Positions 1 through 11,537 of a stretch of DNA of 64,000 bases are shown here, one piece after another. The notes under the pieces are model-generated. The model was given only the letters and a program-made list of their open reading frames with translations, was not told the DNA's origin and did no database searches. The translations under genes and the position numbers were made by a program. The stretch's first letter is position 1. The number at the start of each line of letters is the position of its first letter. This DNA comes from an uncultured delta proteobacterium (GTDB taxonomy: Bacteria > Desulfobacterota > WTBG01 > CAIYCZ01), in contig CAWDOY010000014.1 of the NCBI GenBank assembly GCA_963803975.1, positions 64,001-128,000 of the forward strand, in the 5' to 3' direction.

Positions 1-2
1 TA

Positions 3-203
3 ACGCAGGCGACAAAAGTTAAATTCAGAAAATTTGTCCAGCCCGGGGATCAGCTCCTGCTGGAGGTATCCCTGGAAAGTTTTCATCAGCACTCCAGCAC
101 CATCAAGGCCCGGGCCTTGATTCAGGATAAGGTGGCCGCAACACTCTCGGCAGCGTTTCAGCATCTGAGCCGGGATGAATATATAAAAGCTTATCTTGCA
201 TAA
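3..203 (+). CDS. FabZ/FabA-like hotdog dehydratase, C-terminal fragment (5' truncated)
   Basis: Frame 3 reads KVKFRKFVQPGDQLLLEV...YIKAYLA*, matching the FabZ KFRxPVxPGDxL motif. Confidence 0.7.
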   Translation, partial: TQATKVKFRKFVQPGDQLLLEVSLESFHQHSSTIKARALIQDKVAATLSAAFQHLSRDEYIKAYLA

Positions 204-242
204 TACGGCAGCGGCAGTGTATAAGCCGAAGGATTTTCATGA

Positions 243-836
243 ATGACTGAGAAAAACGGCGCCTACCTGATTATCGACACCGAGACGACCGGACTGCATC
301 CGGCAAAACATGGACTGATAGAGCTGGCAGCAGCAGCTCTGGATCAAAAGCTGGACGTGATAGAAACCTTTCAGGCGGATGTGTGCCCGCCGGCAGGCTG
401 TGAAATCGATCCCGAAGCGATGCAGGTGAACGGCTTTACCCGGGAACGAATCAATCGGGGCATCAGCTACGCGGTGGTGTGTGAGCGGTTTCGTGAATTT
501 ATCATGAAGCATTTTTCCGCAGAGCCGGTGGTCATTGGCCAGTTTTATCCGTTTGATTACGCCTTTCTCGATCAGGTCTTCAGCGCCAGCGGCTATGGTG
601 ACGGGTTTGCGGCTGTTGTCAAGGGAAATGATTTTATTGACACTAAAGCCCTGGCCAACAGCTTGAATCTGCGGGCCCTTCTCAAGGGTCAGCCCAAGCC
701 GTTTCCGTCGACCAGCCTCTCCAGGCCCGGGGGTTTAAAGGACCGGTTTGGCGCTAGGGGACATCAGGCACACACCGCGCTGGGTGATGTGCTTGCTACC
801 CGAGAGGTTCTGATAAAACTGCTGGAAACATTGTAA
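243..836 (+). CDS. DEDDh 3'-5' exonuclease (DnaQ-like)
   Basis: IIDTETTGL (ExoI), FDYAF (ExoII), HTALGDV (ExoIII). Confidence 0.85.
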   Translation: MTEKNGAYLIIDTETTGLHPAKHGLIELAAAALDQKLDVIETFQADVCPPAGCEIDPEAMQVNGFTRERINRGISYAVVCERFREFIMKHFSAEPVVIGQFYPFDYAFLDQVFSASGYGDGFAAVVKGNDFIDTKALANSLNLRALLKGQPKPFPSTSLSRPGGLKDRFGARGHQAHTALGDVLATREVLIKLLETL

Positions 837-868
837 AGAATCACGCGTTCTGATATCATGTATAAATT

Positions 869-1624
869 ATGAACACTGCCACCAAGGGACCGGTACGACT
901 GATGGAGAATAACAGCTACTTTGCTCACGATACCCATAAATACATGTATTGTACTGATGGGGTCTTTTCAGATTTTATTTTCTCTCTGATCACGGAAACG
1001 ATTCCTGTTGATCTTAAGAATTACCAGCATGCCTTTGAGATGGGAGCAGGCATGGGTCGCTTCTCCTTTGCGCTGGTGAGTCATTTCCCGAAGGTTTCTC
1101 TCATTGAGCCCTCGGCATCCTATACCGCTGTACTGAAAAAACTTTTTGATCAGGAGCAGGTTGCCATCGTGACTTCGACGCTTGAGGATTTCTTCGAGAA
1201 AAACACGATCCCTGCGCAGTCCATCTTTTTTAATTTCCATCTCCTCCATCATTTAACCTTTGAACAGCGCCGGGAGTATTTCACCTGTTTACGCAAAGCC
1301 AACGCACCGGCACTGTTTATTGAGCCGAACCCCTGGAATCCATTAATTGTATTACAGCTTCTGCTCTATCCTGATATGAGAATGAAAGATGAGTGGCAGT
1401 ATCTCTCCCTCACCAGAAAGCGGCTCACCCGGGAGTTTAATGCCTGCGGCCTGGAGGTGGCAGCGCACAAAACGCTCTGTTTCTTGCCGCCGCCGCTTAC
1501 CAAGCTCGTCTTAAAACAGTCCTTCTTCAAAAAGCCGCTCCTCGCGCTGGATGCTATCAGCGCGGTGCTGCCGTTTCTCAGCTCGTATCACCTGTTCTAT
1601 TGCAAAAGCGCTTCTGCTGTTTAG
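869..1624 (+). CDS. Class I SAM-dependent methyltransferase
   Basis: EMGAGMGRF motif I; LLHHL and EPN motifs. Confidence 0.75.
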   Translation: MNTATKGPVRLMENNSYFAHDTHKYMYCTDGVFSDFIFSLITETIPVDLKNYQHAFEMGAGMGRFSFALVSHFPKVSLIEPSASYTAVLKKLFDQEQVAIVTSTLEDFFEKNTIPAQSIFFNFHLLHHLTFEQRREYFTCLRKANAPALFIEPNPWNPLIVLQLLLYPDMRMKDEWQYLSLTRKRLTREFNACGLEVAAHKTLCFLPPPLTKLVLKQSFFKKPLLALDAISAVLPFLSSYHLFYCKSASAV

Positions 1625-1691
1625 CCGGGGCCGCCGTGACTGCCGGCAGCGGTATTTCTGCATCAGCATGCGCTCACTAAGGGATCGTTCT

Positions 1692-3315
1692 ATGACTTCA
1701 TCCAGCCGCCGCAGTAACAATCCGGCAGCCCTGGTGCTTGCCAGGGTCCCGGTTTTTATTTTACTCGCAGTCTTTCTGGGCTTTTTTTTATATTGCCTTG
1801 CCCAGCGCCTGCCCTATCCGTTTGAGCTTGAATGGATTGAAAACGAGATGGTTAGCCATGGCATGGTGCTGGCACAACAGCACCGGATTTACCCCGCGCC
1901 ATCTACTGATTTTATCGCCGAGCTCTATCCGCCGGTCTACTACCTGTTCATTGCCCTTTTTTTTAAGCTCTTTGATACCGTCAATTTTCTCATCCCGCGT
2001 CTTATCTCGGTAGCAGCTCTTGCGGTAATCCTTGTCCTGCTGTACCGCATCATCATAAAAGAAGGGGGGACGAAAAGCATCGGCCTGCTGGTGAGCGGAT
2101 TTTTTTTAAGCTTCTACGAGATCCATGGCACCTGGTATGACCTTGCCCGGGCTGATATGCTCCTGTACGCGCTGCTGCTGCTGGGGTTATATGTGCTTGC
2201 CTATGGGCGTAGCCGTGTTCCTGCGGCGCTGTGCGGCGCCCTGCTCCTGGCCGGCGCCTGCTATACCAAGCAGACCGGGCTCTATTTTGTCCCCTTTGCC
2301 GGCCTCTATCTGCTGCTGAAAGATAAAAAACAGTGCTTCATCTTTTGCGCTGCCTGCGGCGGGCTGCTGGTGTCTCTTTTTTTCTTCCTGCAGTACACTT
2401 CTGACGGATGGTTTGGAACCTATGCGCTGTTCAACCCGCTGCGCCATAATCAGGTGATGTTCAAGCCGCTGTCTGAGCTTCAGTTCCAGATGCTCTTTGA
2501 AATGCGCGATAAACTGATCCCGGAAATGCGCTATGAAATTTTTTATAAGCTGCCGGTCTTTTTCACCATGGTTCTTGCCTTTATGCTGTACCGGATTATT
2601 TCGATAACCAGGGCCGCGACGTTTTCCGTCTGGGAATGCACTGCCCTGGCAGTGCCGCTTGCCTACTTCAGCATCCGGCCGCACCCGGGCTCTGAGCGGA
2701 ATGATTTTCTCTGTATGACGGTCTGGGGCTGTATCCTGCTGGGGCTTTTTCTTATCCGGCTCACTGCCGCTGCCAGACAGGACAACAGCAACCGTATACA
2801 AATAACCGTCTACCTCCTGCTTACCCTGCAGCTGTGTCTTCAGCTCTACAATCCAAAACCACTGGTTCCTACGCCCGAGGATGAAAAAAAGGGCGCTGAG
2901 TTCATCTCGATGGTGAAAAACATGCCCGGAGAGGTTTATATCCCCTACCATACCCTGTATGGCTACATGGCCGGGAAAAAACTGATCTTTAACGGCGGGG
3001 CGTACTGGGCCTATCAGATGCTGGCAAAGGAACCGTTCCGGCCGGCTGGATTTGATTGAAAAAATAAAAAACAAGTACTTCAGCGCCATAATTATTGATG
3101 ACAAGGGCTATCTGAACGCAAAAGGGGAGCGGGTCGTGGTCGATAATGTTAAAATGCTCTTAACCGCAAATGATGAACTGTCAACCGTGGTCGCAGAAAA
3201 CTATACCCTGGCAAGGCGTATCCCCTACAGCTCTGATAGCGAGTTCCGCACGGTTACCGGCTTTCAGACACGGCCCGAACTCATCCTGGAGCCAAAAAAG
3301 GGGGCACACCGTTAA
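1692..3315 (+). CDS. Polytopic GT-C/ArnT-like membrane protein; apparent frameshift near 3050 joins ORFs 1551-3059 and 3052-3315
   Basis: ELEWIE, YPPVYY, ARADML and YTKQT motifs with many TM segments; a frame change restores EPFRPA-DLIEKIKNK. Confidence 0.6.
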
Positions 3316-3402
3316 GGAAAGCTACCCTCCGTGCCGATTATAGAGAGGAAAATGCCCCTGAAACAGTACGCCGGCAGGAAGCGCGTACGTTCTTTGCGGG
3401 TA

Positions 3403-3430
3403 TTGACTTTATCTGCCGGGAATTTATAAT
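3403..3430 (+). promoter_or_regulatory. Sigma70-type promoter
   Basis: TTGACT-16 nt-TATAAT upstream of the 3481 ORF. Confidence 0.55.
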
Positions 3431-3480
3431 TGATTAACTGACAGATAGGATCGAGGAAAACCAAACCGTTCTTATGCGCC

Positions 3481-4353
3481 ATGAATATAAATAAACCGGT
3501 TGACCATAAATCGCTCGAAGAGCTGATTGATTTTTACGAGCTGATCGCCGTCAGGGCGGTTGAGCGGGCGGGCACGATTCTGAAGGACGGGTTCTACGCA
3601 AAAAAAGAGCGGATGATTAAATCAAAATATGAAATTGTGACCGATATGGACCTGCGGTCGCAGAAGATCATCGTCAACACGCTGAAGAAGTTCGTCCCTG
3701 ATCATAACATTCTCTCGGAAGAGGATCTTGAAATCGACAAGGAATCCGACTTCACCTGGGTTATAGATCCGCTCGACGGCACACACAATTACATGGACTC
3801 CCGCTACAGCTTCGGGATTAATATCGGCCTGCTGCGGGAAAATGAGCTGCAGTTTGCGCTCTCCTACCTGCCGTTCGGCAACCGGCTTGAAGGCGGCCGG
3901 GAACTCTATATTTCAAAAAAGGGGCGGGGGGTTTTTATGAATGATAAGCATGTCCGGGTCTCTGACAAGACCGGGCTCAATGACATGACCCTGCTGCTGA
4001 ATTCCAGTATTTCCCGGGACCCGGAGAGCACCTCATCGCTGTTCACCGTTCTGGTGCGGCGCTTTAATCGCGTCCGTATCCCCGGGTCTGCGGCAGTTGA
4101 GCTGTGCTACATTGCATCGGGCAGGGCTGACGTGATGGTGGCTCAGTATTTAAAGCCCTATGATCTGGTGGGCTGTCTTCATGTTGAGGAGGCGGGCGGA
4201 AAAGTGACTGATTTCTTCGGCAACCCGGTAACCGTCAAGACCCACAGTATCGTGGCCTCCAACGGTGCCTGTCATGACCAGGTTATTGAGATACTGCAGA
4301 ATGAATTTTTTGCCCAGGGTGACAAGCGCGTCTCGCGGCTTATAAAAAACTGA
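3481..4353 (+). CDS. Inositol monophosphatase family (SuhB-like)
   Basis: SEE, WVIDPLDGTHNY, GSAAVELCYIASG. Confidence 0.9.
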   Translation: MNINKPVDHKSLEELIDFYELIAVRAVERAGTILKDGFYAKKERMIKSKYEIVTDMDLRSQKIIVNTLKKFVPDHNILSEEDLEIDKESDFTWVIDPLDGTHNYMDSRYSFGINIGLLRENELQFALSYLPFGNRLEGGRELYISKKGRGVFMNDKHVRVSDKTGLNDMTLLLNSSISRDPESTSSLFTVLVRRFNRVRIPGSAAVELCYIASGRADVMVAQYLKPYDLVGCLHVEEAGGKVTDFFGNPVTVKTHSIVASNGACHDQVIEILQNEFFAQGDKRVSRLIKN

Positions 4354-4366
4354 CCTGCGGCAGCTC

Positions 4367-5791
4367 CTATTCCTCCCGCACAACCTTCAGCTTCATTCCC
4401 ACCCGGATTTTACTCTTTTCAGAAAGACCATTTAATGCTCTCACCCTGGGTACCGTCGTACCATACTTGCCGGCAATAGAAGCAAGCGACTCTCCTTTGG
4501 CAACAATATGGAGCCGGGGAGAAGGGCGTTTTTTGTTCGCTTCCGGCGCTGAAGATTTTTTAGCCTGCGCCTCGCTGGTTGCGGGTAAGGGCATTGCGGC
4601 AAAATACCTGGTGACCGCTGCTGCAATTGCTGTGGCAAGGTTGTTTTGAAATTGCTCGCTCTTGAGCTTTTGCTCCCTTCGCGGGTTGCTCAGAAAGTCT
4701 GTCTCGATGAGCATGGCGGTAATATCCGGGTCTTTGAGTACTTTAAAGCAGGCCTGCTGGGGCTGGTCGGTGCGCAGCCGGTTAAATCTGGCTATCTCCT
4801 GAATCATAATTCCGGCACATTTAAGGCTTGCATTGAGGGTGTTGGTCTGCACCAGGTCAATAAGTATTGCATTGAGGTCATCGTTATGATGCTCAAGCGG
4901 TACCCCGCCCACCGAGTCAGAGTCATTCTCTTTCTGGGCAAGCATCTGGGCTGCTGCACTTGAAGCGCCCTTGAGCGAGAGGCAATAGATGGAGCTGCCC
5001 TGAACTTTGCTGCTGAAGCTGGAATCGGCATGAATGCTGATGAACAGGTCTGCCCCGTGCTCCTGAGCCATGTTCATGCGCGTGCTTAAGGGGATAAAAT
5101 AATCACCCTTTCTGGTAAGATAGGCCTTTATGGCTGGCTCGCGGTTGAGCAGCTGCACGGTTTTGCGCGCAATGGCGAACACGACGTCTTTCTCCATGGT
5201 TTTGCCGGGACCTATTGCGCCCGGGTCTTCACCGCCATGGCCCGGGTCGATAACCACAATGCGGACCTGTTTCTGTTTGAGCTTGCGCGTCTGCTGACGC
5301 TGTACTTTATCTGCCTGCTCAAGGTCCGGGCGGACAATATCTATAGCCAGCCGCGGCGGCTTGTCCATGAATTTTTCCAGCGGGAAAATTTTGTGAGAGG
5401 CGGGCTTTTCAAGCTCTATGGTGATGCGCATGGTGTTGCGGTCAATGCGTGCGGCCGTGACCGTTTTTACAATGCCGTCATTGATGGGGAGCGTGCTTAC
5501 CGGAACAACCCCGGTAACGTCCGTGATATCCAGCTCCAGTTTCTCGGGGGCTGTCTGCTGTGCTGTTTTGTATGTTGCGCGCTGCTTGAAATCAAGCACA
5601 ATGCGCGTTGACGTGGGAGAGGACCAGTGGCGGATGGCAGAAAGTTCATTGGCAGACGCAGAAACACCGAGAAACATGAAAAGCGTCACGGCTGCTGTCA
5701 TCAACAGGCCCGGTGCCGCAAGCGGTGTGTGCGAATGCTCTCTCATGCGCGCCATTTCATGCAAGTGATGGTTTGGTGAGATGCCAGTCAC
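4367..5791 (-). CDS. N-acetylmuramoyl-L-alanine amidase (AMIN + Amidase_3 + LysM); true start probably further downstream
   Basis: [31 protein letters not shown]-terminal Lys[14 protein letters not shown]. Confidence 0.9.
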   Translation of the reverse strand: MTGISPNHHLHEMARMREHSHTPLAAPGLLMTAAVTLFMFLGVSASANELSAIRHWSSPTSTRIVLDFKQRATYKTAQQTAPEKLELDITDVTGVVPVSTLPINDGIVKTVTAARIDRNTMRITIELEKPASHKIFPLEKFMDKPPRLAIDIVRPDLEQADKVQRQQTRKLKQKQVRIVVIDPGHGGEDPGAIGPGKTMEKDVVFAIARKTVQLLNREPAIKAYLTRKGDYFIPLSTRMNMAQEHGADLFISIHADSSFSSKVQGSSIYCLSLKGASSAAAQMLAQKENDSDSVGGVPLEHHNDDLNAILIDLVQTNTLNASLKCAGIMIQEIARFNRLRTDQPQQACFKVLKDPDITAMLIETDFLSNPRREQKLKSEQFQNNLATAIAAAVTRYFAAMPLPATSEAQAKKSSAPEANKKRPSPRLHIVAKGESLASIAGKYGTTVPRVRALNGLSEKSKIRVGMKLKVVREE

Positions 5792-7226
5792 TGTTCTGCT
5801 CCAGGCAGTATGCGCCGTGGATTATTTTTTCTTCCTCAAACAGGTTGCCGATAATCTGCAGCCCGATAGGAAGCCCCCGGGAGCTAAGACCACAGGGAAT
5901 TGATATGCCGGGAAGGCCGGCAAGATTTGCGGGAATGGTGAAAATATCTGATAGATACATCTGCAGCGGATTGTTGAGCTTTTCTCCCAGCCTGAACGGC
6001 GGCGTGGGCGCGGTCGGGGTCACAATGAGATCACAGGCCTTGAACGCCTCCTCAAAGTCCTGGCGGATGAGGGTTCGCACCTGTGATGCCTTCCGGTAAT
6101 AGGCATCATAATAACCGGCAGACAACGCATAGGTGCCCAGCATGATGCGCCGCTTCACCTCCGCACCAAATCCTTCTGCGCGGGTGATTTCATACATGTC
6201 CCGCAAATCAGTCTCTCCCGGGTGGCGGTAGCCGTATTTTACTCCATCATAGCGGGCAAGGTTTGAGCTCGCCTCTGCCGGTGCTATCAGGTAATATGCG
6301 GCGACCGCGTATTCTGTGTGGGGGAGCGTTATCTCGGTGAGTGTTGCTCCCTGCCGCTCAAGTATGCGCAGCGCTTCCCATACCGCCTTCTCCACTTCCG
6401 GGTCTATGCCGCTTGCTCCAAAATACTCTCTGGGCACTCCGAGTCTCAGGCCTTTTGCCTCTGGAATCAGAGCGCGGGTGTAGTCAGGAACTTCCCGGTT
6501 GACCGCGGTCGAGTCCCGCGGGTCATGGCCGCTTATATAATTCATGAGCAGCGCCGTGTCCGTTACATCCTTGGTCATGGGGCCGATCTGGTCAAGGGAG
6601 GAGGCAAAGGCAATCAGCCCGAACCGGGAAACCCGGCCGTAGGTGGGCTTCATGCCCACAATCCCGCAGCAGGCAGCGGGCTGGCGTATGGAGCCCCCGG
6701 TATCGGTTCCCAGCGCTGCAATACATTCATCTGCTGCAACCGCGGCTGCTGAACCGCCGCTGGAGCCTCCGGGCACACGCTCCAGATCCCAGGGATTGGC
6801 GGTCGGGCCAAAACATGAGGTCTCGGTGGAGGAGCCCATGGCAAATTCATCCATGTTGGTTTTTCCCACGAGAACCGCGTGCTGCTCTTTAAGCCGGCGG
6901 ACCACCGTAGCGTCATACGGGGGAATGAACTGTTCAAGAATTTTTGAGCCGCAGGTAGTCCGGATGCCTGCCGTGCAGAGTAAATCTTTTATGGCCAGGG
7001 GAATGCCGGTCAGCGGCGGTATCGTGCCCTGTTTTGTCTTTTCATCAGCAGCCGCTGCCTGCTTCAGCGCTGCCTCCCGGGTGAGGGTAATGTAGGCATG
7101 CACCCGGGGTTCAACCGCGTCAATCCGCTGGTACACCGCCTGCGTGATCTCAAGGGCGCTTACGGCCTTTTTTTTCAGCAGCTCATGCAGCTCATGAATG
7201 GTCATCTGATAGAGCGCTTTTGTCAC
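5757..7226 (-). CDS. gatA: Glu/Asp-tRNA amidotransferase subunit A
   Basis: [54 protein letters not shown]. Confidence 0.97.
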   Translation of the reverse strand: MTKALYQMTIHELHELLKKKAVSALEITQAVYQRIDAVEPRVHAYITLTREAALKQAAAADEKTKQGTIPPLTGIPLAIKDLLCTAGIRTTCGSKILEQFIPPYDATVVRRLKEQHAVLVGKTNMDEFAMGSSTETSCFGPTANPWDLERVPGGSSGGSAAAVAADECIAALGTDTGGSIRQPAACCGIVGMKPTYGRVSRFGLIAFASSLDQIGPMTKDVTDTALLMNYISGHDPRDSTAVNREVPDYTRALIPEAKGLRLGVPREYFGASGIDPEVEKAVWEALRILERQGATLTEITLPHTEYAVAAYYLIAPAEASSNLARYDGVKYGYRHPGETDLRDMYEITRAEGFGAEVKRRIMLGTYALSAGYYDAYYRKASQVRTLIRQDFEEAFKACDLIVTPTAPTPPFRLGEKLNNPLQMYLSDIFTIPANLAGLPGISIPCGLSSRGLPIGLQIIGNLFEEEKIIHGAYCLEQNSDWHLTKPSLA

Positions 7227-7231
7227 GAATA

Positions 7232-7522
7232 TTATCCTTCTATTATTCTGGGGACTTTAAAGCAGCTGCGCTCGTGAGCCGGTGCGTTTTTCAGCGCTTC
7301 CTCCCCGGCAAGAGACGGCCTGACCTGGTCGTCCCTGAATGCGTTAGAGAGGTTAACCGCATGGGTTGATGGCTCAACCCCCGTCGTGTCAAGCTGCTGC
7401 AGTTTATCAAAATCGGTGAGAATGGTGTTCAGCTGGTCGGTAAACAGATCAAGCTGGTCTTCAGAAAACCTGAGCCGTGCCAGCCGTGCCACATGTTCTA
7501 CATCGTGCCTGGTAATTTTCAT
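7232..7522 (-). CDS. gatC: Glu/Asp-tRNA amidotransferase subunit C
   Basis: [17 protein letters not shown]...FKVPRII, directly upstream of gatA. Confidence 0.95.
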   Translation of the reverse strand: MKITRHDVEHVARLARLRFSEDQLDLFTDQLNTILTDFDKLQQLDTTGVEPSTHAVNLSNAFRDDQVRPSLAGEEALKNAPAHERSCFKVPRIIEG

Positions 7523-7614
7523 CGCCTGTTCCTCCGGCATCAGTGTTCTTTGTTCATCACGCAGGCCCCTGCGGTTCATTGTGCCGCAACAGCCGGCGCT
7601 GGGACGTGACAGCT

Positions 7615-8772
7615 TTAAAAGCCGGTTTCCCTTGTGTTGGGATTTATGAACTTCTTGTACATACTCAGTATATAGACGAGCAGGGAGAGCATCAGGGGCC
7701 CAAGAATAATCCCGAGAAATCCGAAATAGGAAAGGCCCCCCATGACGCTGAAAAAAATGAGCAGCGGGTGGATGTTGGTGTCACCTTTCAGCAGCTGCGG
7801 CCGCAGCAGATTGTCGGCAAGACCGATTACCAGAATCCCCCATAAAACAATAAACCCGGCCGCCCCAGGATGCCCGGTAAGCGCCTGAACAATTGCTGCC
7901 GGGCCCCAGATGAGCGCTGTTCCCACAACCGGAATCAACGACGCAAGCACCATCACCGCCCCCCACAGGGCCCAGGAATCAATGCCGCACAGCAAGAATA
8001 CGCTTGCTCCCAGCACGCCCTGTATTGCGGCGATAACCAGGCTCCCCCTGAAAGTCAGCTTGATGGTTTTGAACAGCTCGTCAATTATCTCCTGGCTGTA
8101 TCTTCGGTCAAGGGGGCTCAGCTGTTTGACCTCTTCCAGAAAAGACCTTCCGTCAATAAACAGGTAAAAGGTTATGAACATGATAAAAACGAATCCTACC
8201 ATAATGGAGGAAACGCCGGTTACAATAGACTTGGCGTTGGTGTAAATAAACTGGCTTACGGTGCCCAGATATTTGCCGATTATATCGCCTGCGTTAAAGT
8301 CATAATTGCCCACCGCCGGTATGTACTTTACTATCTTCAGGACCAGCGGGCTGTCTTTAAAATTGAGGACCTGCTGCACGGTCCCGCTTTTAAATGACTC
8401 ATCAAGGTGCTGATAAAAATTATAGGCGCTGGTTGCCAGCACGCCGGTGAAAATCAGGAAGGGGAGGAAAATGATAATAATTATTAAGAGGCAGGTTATG
8501 ATGGAACTGATTGTTTTGCGCCCCCGCAGCCGCCGCGCTATAAAATCATACACCGGGCTGAACAGCACAAAAAGGACAAACGCAAGAAAGATATAGGTTA
8601 AAAAGGGCTTCATTAACAGCAGAAAAATCGCCAGAATAAAAACCGCAAAGGCTGCAAAAAAATAGCGGGCAATGGGCGTGGTAAACCCGGATGAGGAGCC
8701 TGCGGGCAGAACCGTAGTGTCCGGGCGTCCTGCGTTCACTGGCGACTGTTTAATGTCAGATTCTTCTTTCAT
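7615..8772 (-). CDS. AI-2E family (PerM/YdiK-like) transporter
   Basis: IPVVGT, DNLLRPQL, HPLLIFFSVMGGL..FG..G.ILGP. Confidence 0.9.
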   Translation of the reverse strand: MKEESDIKQSPVNAGRPDTTVLPAGSSSGFTTPIARYFFAAFAVFILAIFLLLMKPFLTYIFLAFVLFVLFSPVYDFIARRLRGRKTISSIITCLLIIIIIFLPFLIFTGVLATSAYNFYQHLDESFKSGTVQQVLNFKDSPLVLKIVKYIPAVGNYDFNAGDIIGKYLGTVSQFIYTNAKSIVTGVSSIMVGFVFIMFITFYLFIDGRSFLEEVKQLSPLDRRYSQEIIDELFKTIKLTFRGSLVIAAIQGVLGASVFLLCGIDSWALWGAVMVLASLIPVVGTALIWGPAAIVQALTGHPGAAGFIVLWGILVIGLADNLLRPQLLKGDTNIHPLLIFFSVMGGLSYFGFLGIILGPLMLSLLVYILSMYKKFINPNTRETGF

Positions 8773-8877
8773 TGCGCACTCTTTTTTTTCTGCTACCGGA
8801 GTTGGTTGCTCTTGGAATATTTTCCTGCTGTTGTTATTGCAGCTTATATCTAAAATTAAAAATAAGTCAACCCTCTG

Positions 8878-9025
8878 GGTTGTTGAAAAAGCGGTTTTCT
8901 CCCCGGCTGGTCAAAAACATCCGGATGCAAGGCGCGCTAAATCAAGAGTAATGAGGCGTACGTTACCGTACGTCGCAATGACGAAGGATGAGCGCAACGA
9001 AGCAGATGGGAGTTTTTCAACAGCC
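8878..9025 (-). repeat. ~145 bp structured MITE-like repeat, copy A
   Basis: Termini GGTTGTTGAAAAA / TTTTTCAACAGCC; similar to copies B-E. Confidence 0.85.
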
Positions 9026-9070
9026 GGTTAAAAACAAAGAGGAAGGTTAACCTCCTTCCTCTTTAAACTA

Positions 9071-9144
9071 TGGCTCGGGGAGGAGGATTCGAACCTCCAT
9101 AGCGGGATCCAAAGTCCCGAGTCCTGCCATTGGACGATCCCCGA
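9071..9144 (-). tRNA. tRNA-Gln(UUG)
   Basis: Acceptor TCGGGGA/TCCCCGA, anticodon arm CGGGA-CTTTGGA-TCCCG, T-loop GGTTCGAATCC, encoded CCA. Confidence 0.95.
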
Positions 9145-9262
9145 ACAGCTTCCCTGGTTGCGGAATAATAGTTATTATTACTATTACTGCCTGCTTTGTT
9201 CAATGAATTTCTTTGGTGCGGCCGGGAGCTGTCAGCCACCAGCTTTCAGCAATACCATTAGA

Positions 9263-9412
9263 AGATTCTTGAAAAAGTAGTTTTTTTTCCGGCTGGTCAA
9301 AAACATCCAGATGCAAGGCGCGCGAAATCCTGAGGAATGAGTCGTACTTTCGCAGTACGTCGCAATGACGAAGGATGAGCGCAACGAAGCAGATGGGTGT
9401 TTTTCAACAGCC
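9263..9412 (-). repeat. MITE-like repeat, copy B
   Basis: Same body as copy A; begins 2 nt after the dedA stop. Confidence 0.85.
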
Positions 9413-9414
9413 GG

Positions 9415-10023
9415 TTAATGTGTCCGGCTTTTTTTTATAAACCACCGCACAACAACTACGGCAAGCACAGCAATAATTATAAACAGCACTATCTGATTGT
9501 ACTGTTTTAATAATGCGGTGAGCGTCTCCCAGTTTTTACCCGCCTTATACCCGGCGTAGATGAGCATGCCGTTCCACAACAGACAGCTGATCAGGCAGTA
9601 AAGAGCAACTTTCCCGGTCTTTAATTCAGAAATGCCGGCAAAGATGGAAATGACCGAGCGCGCGCCGGAGAAGAAGCGGTTAAAAAGAATTATCATGTAG
9701 CCGAATTTTTGAAACCAGATCTCGGCCTTAAGCAGGTTTTCTTTCGGGAAATAGCGAAAGTTCCGGTTGAGAAAAAACTCTTTCTCCAGAAATCTCCCCA
9801 GGAAAAACAACAGCATGAACCCGGCAAAGTTTCCCAGCGCGGTAGCGGCAAACACCCCGGAAAACGAGAGCTGCCCGATGCCCACCAGATAGGCGCCGAA
9901 CAGGGTCACCGTGTCGCCGGGAATGGGCGGAATGATGTTTTCAAGGACCGCCGAGATGAACAGGGCAGGGTACAGATAGGCCCCGTCAATGCCTTTGATA
10001 AACTGAAGAAACGAGTCGGCCAT
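9415..10023 (-). CDS. DedA family membrane protein
   Basis: ENIIPPIPGD, NRFFSGARSVISIFAG. Confidence 0.9.
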   Translation of the reverse strand: MADSFLQFIKGIDGAYLYPALFISAVLENIIPPIPGDTVTLFGAYLVGIGQLSFSGVFAATALGNFAGFMLLFFLGRFLEKEFFLNRNFRYFPKENLLKAEIWFQKFGYMIILFNRFFSGARSVISIFAGISELKTGKVALYCLISCLLWNGMLIYAGYKAGKNWETLTALLKQYNQIVLFIIIAVLAVVVVRWFIKKSRTH

Positions 10024-10044
10024 TAGTATTTAACTTGAACCTAT

Positions 10045-10425
10045 TTAATACCGGGCTTTTTTAAGTACCAGATCCTTGTACGGATACTGTTTGGGGTTGT
10101 GCGTAATTAAGACCGCCTGATGAATTAGTGCTGTTGCGGCAATAAAACAATCGTCCAGCTCCAGTTGCTGTTGTTTTGTTTTTCTTTTCAGGTCACCGGC
10201 TATCTGGGCAACTTTTTTATCGATGGACAGAATATCAAAACTTTCAAGGAACGCCATGGTTGCCGGTTCTTCTTCGTCTCTCATGCCTTCCCTGATTTCT
10301 GCAACTGTTACGGCAGAACAACAGGGCATATCTTCGTCTCTAACAGAGGACATGATTCTTTTTGCTCCTTCTTTTCCCCTGAGAAAATCAATAATAACGT
10401 CGGTATCAAAAAGCAGCTTTGCCAT
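10045..10425 (-). CDS. vapC: VapC PIN-domain toxin
   Basis: FDTDVIIDFL, TVAEI, DCFIAATA, LITHN. Confidence 0.88.
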   Translation of the reverse strand: MAKLLFDTDVIIDFLRGKEGAKRIMSSVRDEDMPCCSAVTVAEIREGMRDEEEPATMAFLESFDILSIDKKVAQIAGDLKRKTKQQQLELDDCFIAATALIHQAVLITHNPKQYPYKDLVLKKARY

Positions 10426-10682
10426 TAGCCTGGGGTCCGTTTAGATCTTGTGGATATTCTCTGCCGCCTGATAAAAGCTTCTGTGCCGCTCTTTAGTTCA
10501 GGGTGCTCCGCCTTTTTCCATGCCCCGAAAGAATGCTCCAGCGCCTTTTTGTAGTGTATTCTGCGGAGTTCGTTTTTCAATGCATGGGCTACAACCTGGC
10601 TCTGCTTCCCCTTGGGAACTAACGCTCTCAGGGTGGCAAGCACTTCTTCGGGAATGAGAAAATTTGCCTGTACCGTTGGCAT
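10425..10682 (-). CDS. Putative RHH-type antitoxin of VapC
   Basis: Small basic ORF overlapping the toxin start; SFGAWK motif; palindrome TTATAG-N8-CTATAA upstream. Confidence 0.7.
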   Translation of the reverse strand: MPTVQANFLIPEEVLATLRALVPKGKQSQVVAHALKNELRRIHYKKALEHSFGAWKKAEHPELKSGTEAFIRRQRISTRSKRTPG

Positions 10683-10934
10683 AAAACCCTCCTATACTAT
10701 ATTATAGGTTTTAATCTATAACAAAACATAGACCTTTTCAAGCAAAAAACAACAAATTATATTTATTGCCTGTCCTCAGTTAAGTTTTTCGATGTTCATT
10801 GATTTTTAAAAAATGGTTGCTGCAGAAGAGCTATTATCGAGAGGTTTAGAATGAAGCCTTGCGTGAAGGCCGAATTTTTAACTGTTGGTGAGAGGTAAAA
10901 AATAGAAAAAATTTAGAGTTTCTGAGTTCCAGAT

Positions 10935-11409
10935 TCAATTCTTTTTCATCAGCACTACGGCATAGGCGCTCATTCCTTCCCCGCTTCCTTCAAAGCCCAG
11001 GCCTTCAGTAGTTTTAGCTTTAATGTTAACCGCTTCTTTATCAATCTTCAGGCAGCGGGAAATCTTTTCTGCCATGGCCTCTGCATAGCGGGGACAGCTT
11101 CGGCTCCTGGGCAACAATGGTGGCGTCAATATTAGCACAGGAAAAGCCTTTCTGCTCTGCCATGGCCTGAATCTGCTCAAGCAGGTTCAGGCTTGATATG
11201 TCTTTGTAGCGGGGATCCGTGTCCGGGAAATGCCGGCCCAGATCTCCCAGGCCAAGAGCGCCAAGGATTGCATCGCCAATTGCATGCAGCAGCACATCCG
11301 CGTCCGAGTGGCCGAGCAGCCCCTTCTCAAAAGGAATTTCAACGCCGCCCAGGATGAGCTTCCTGCCCGCTACCAGCCGGTGCACATCATAGCCAATACC
11401 AACTCTCAT
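10935..11409 (-). CDS. ispF: MEcPP synthase IspF (apparent frameshift near 11090)
   Basis: [21 protein letters not shown]; second frame [14 protein letters not shown]. Confidence 0.93.
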
Positions 11410-11441
11410 CAAACACTCCATTAAATTCACGCAAAAGACCC

Positions 11442-11516
11442 GTTGAGGAGTTCAGGCGTTAAGAGTTAAAGAGTTCAAACTGCCTCAACTCTTTGACTCC
11501 ACAACTCAAAAACTTT
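11442..11516. repeat. Inverted octamer-repeat hairpin (GAGTTnnn x4 / AACTCnnn x4)
   Basis: Units at 11448, 11456, 11463, 11471 and complements at 11487, 11495, 11503, 11511. Confidence 0.7.
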
Positions 11517-11537
11517 TATCTTTGCGCTCTCGGCGGT

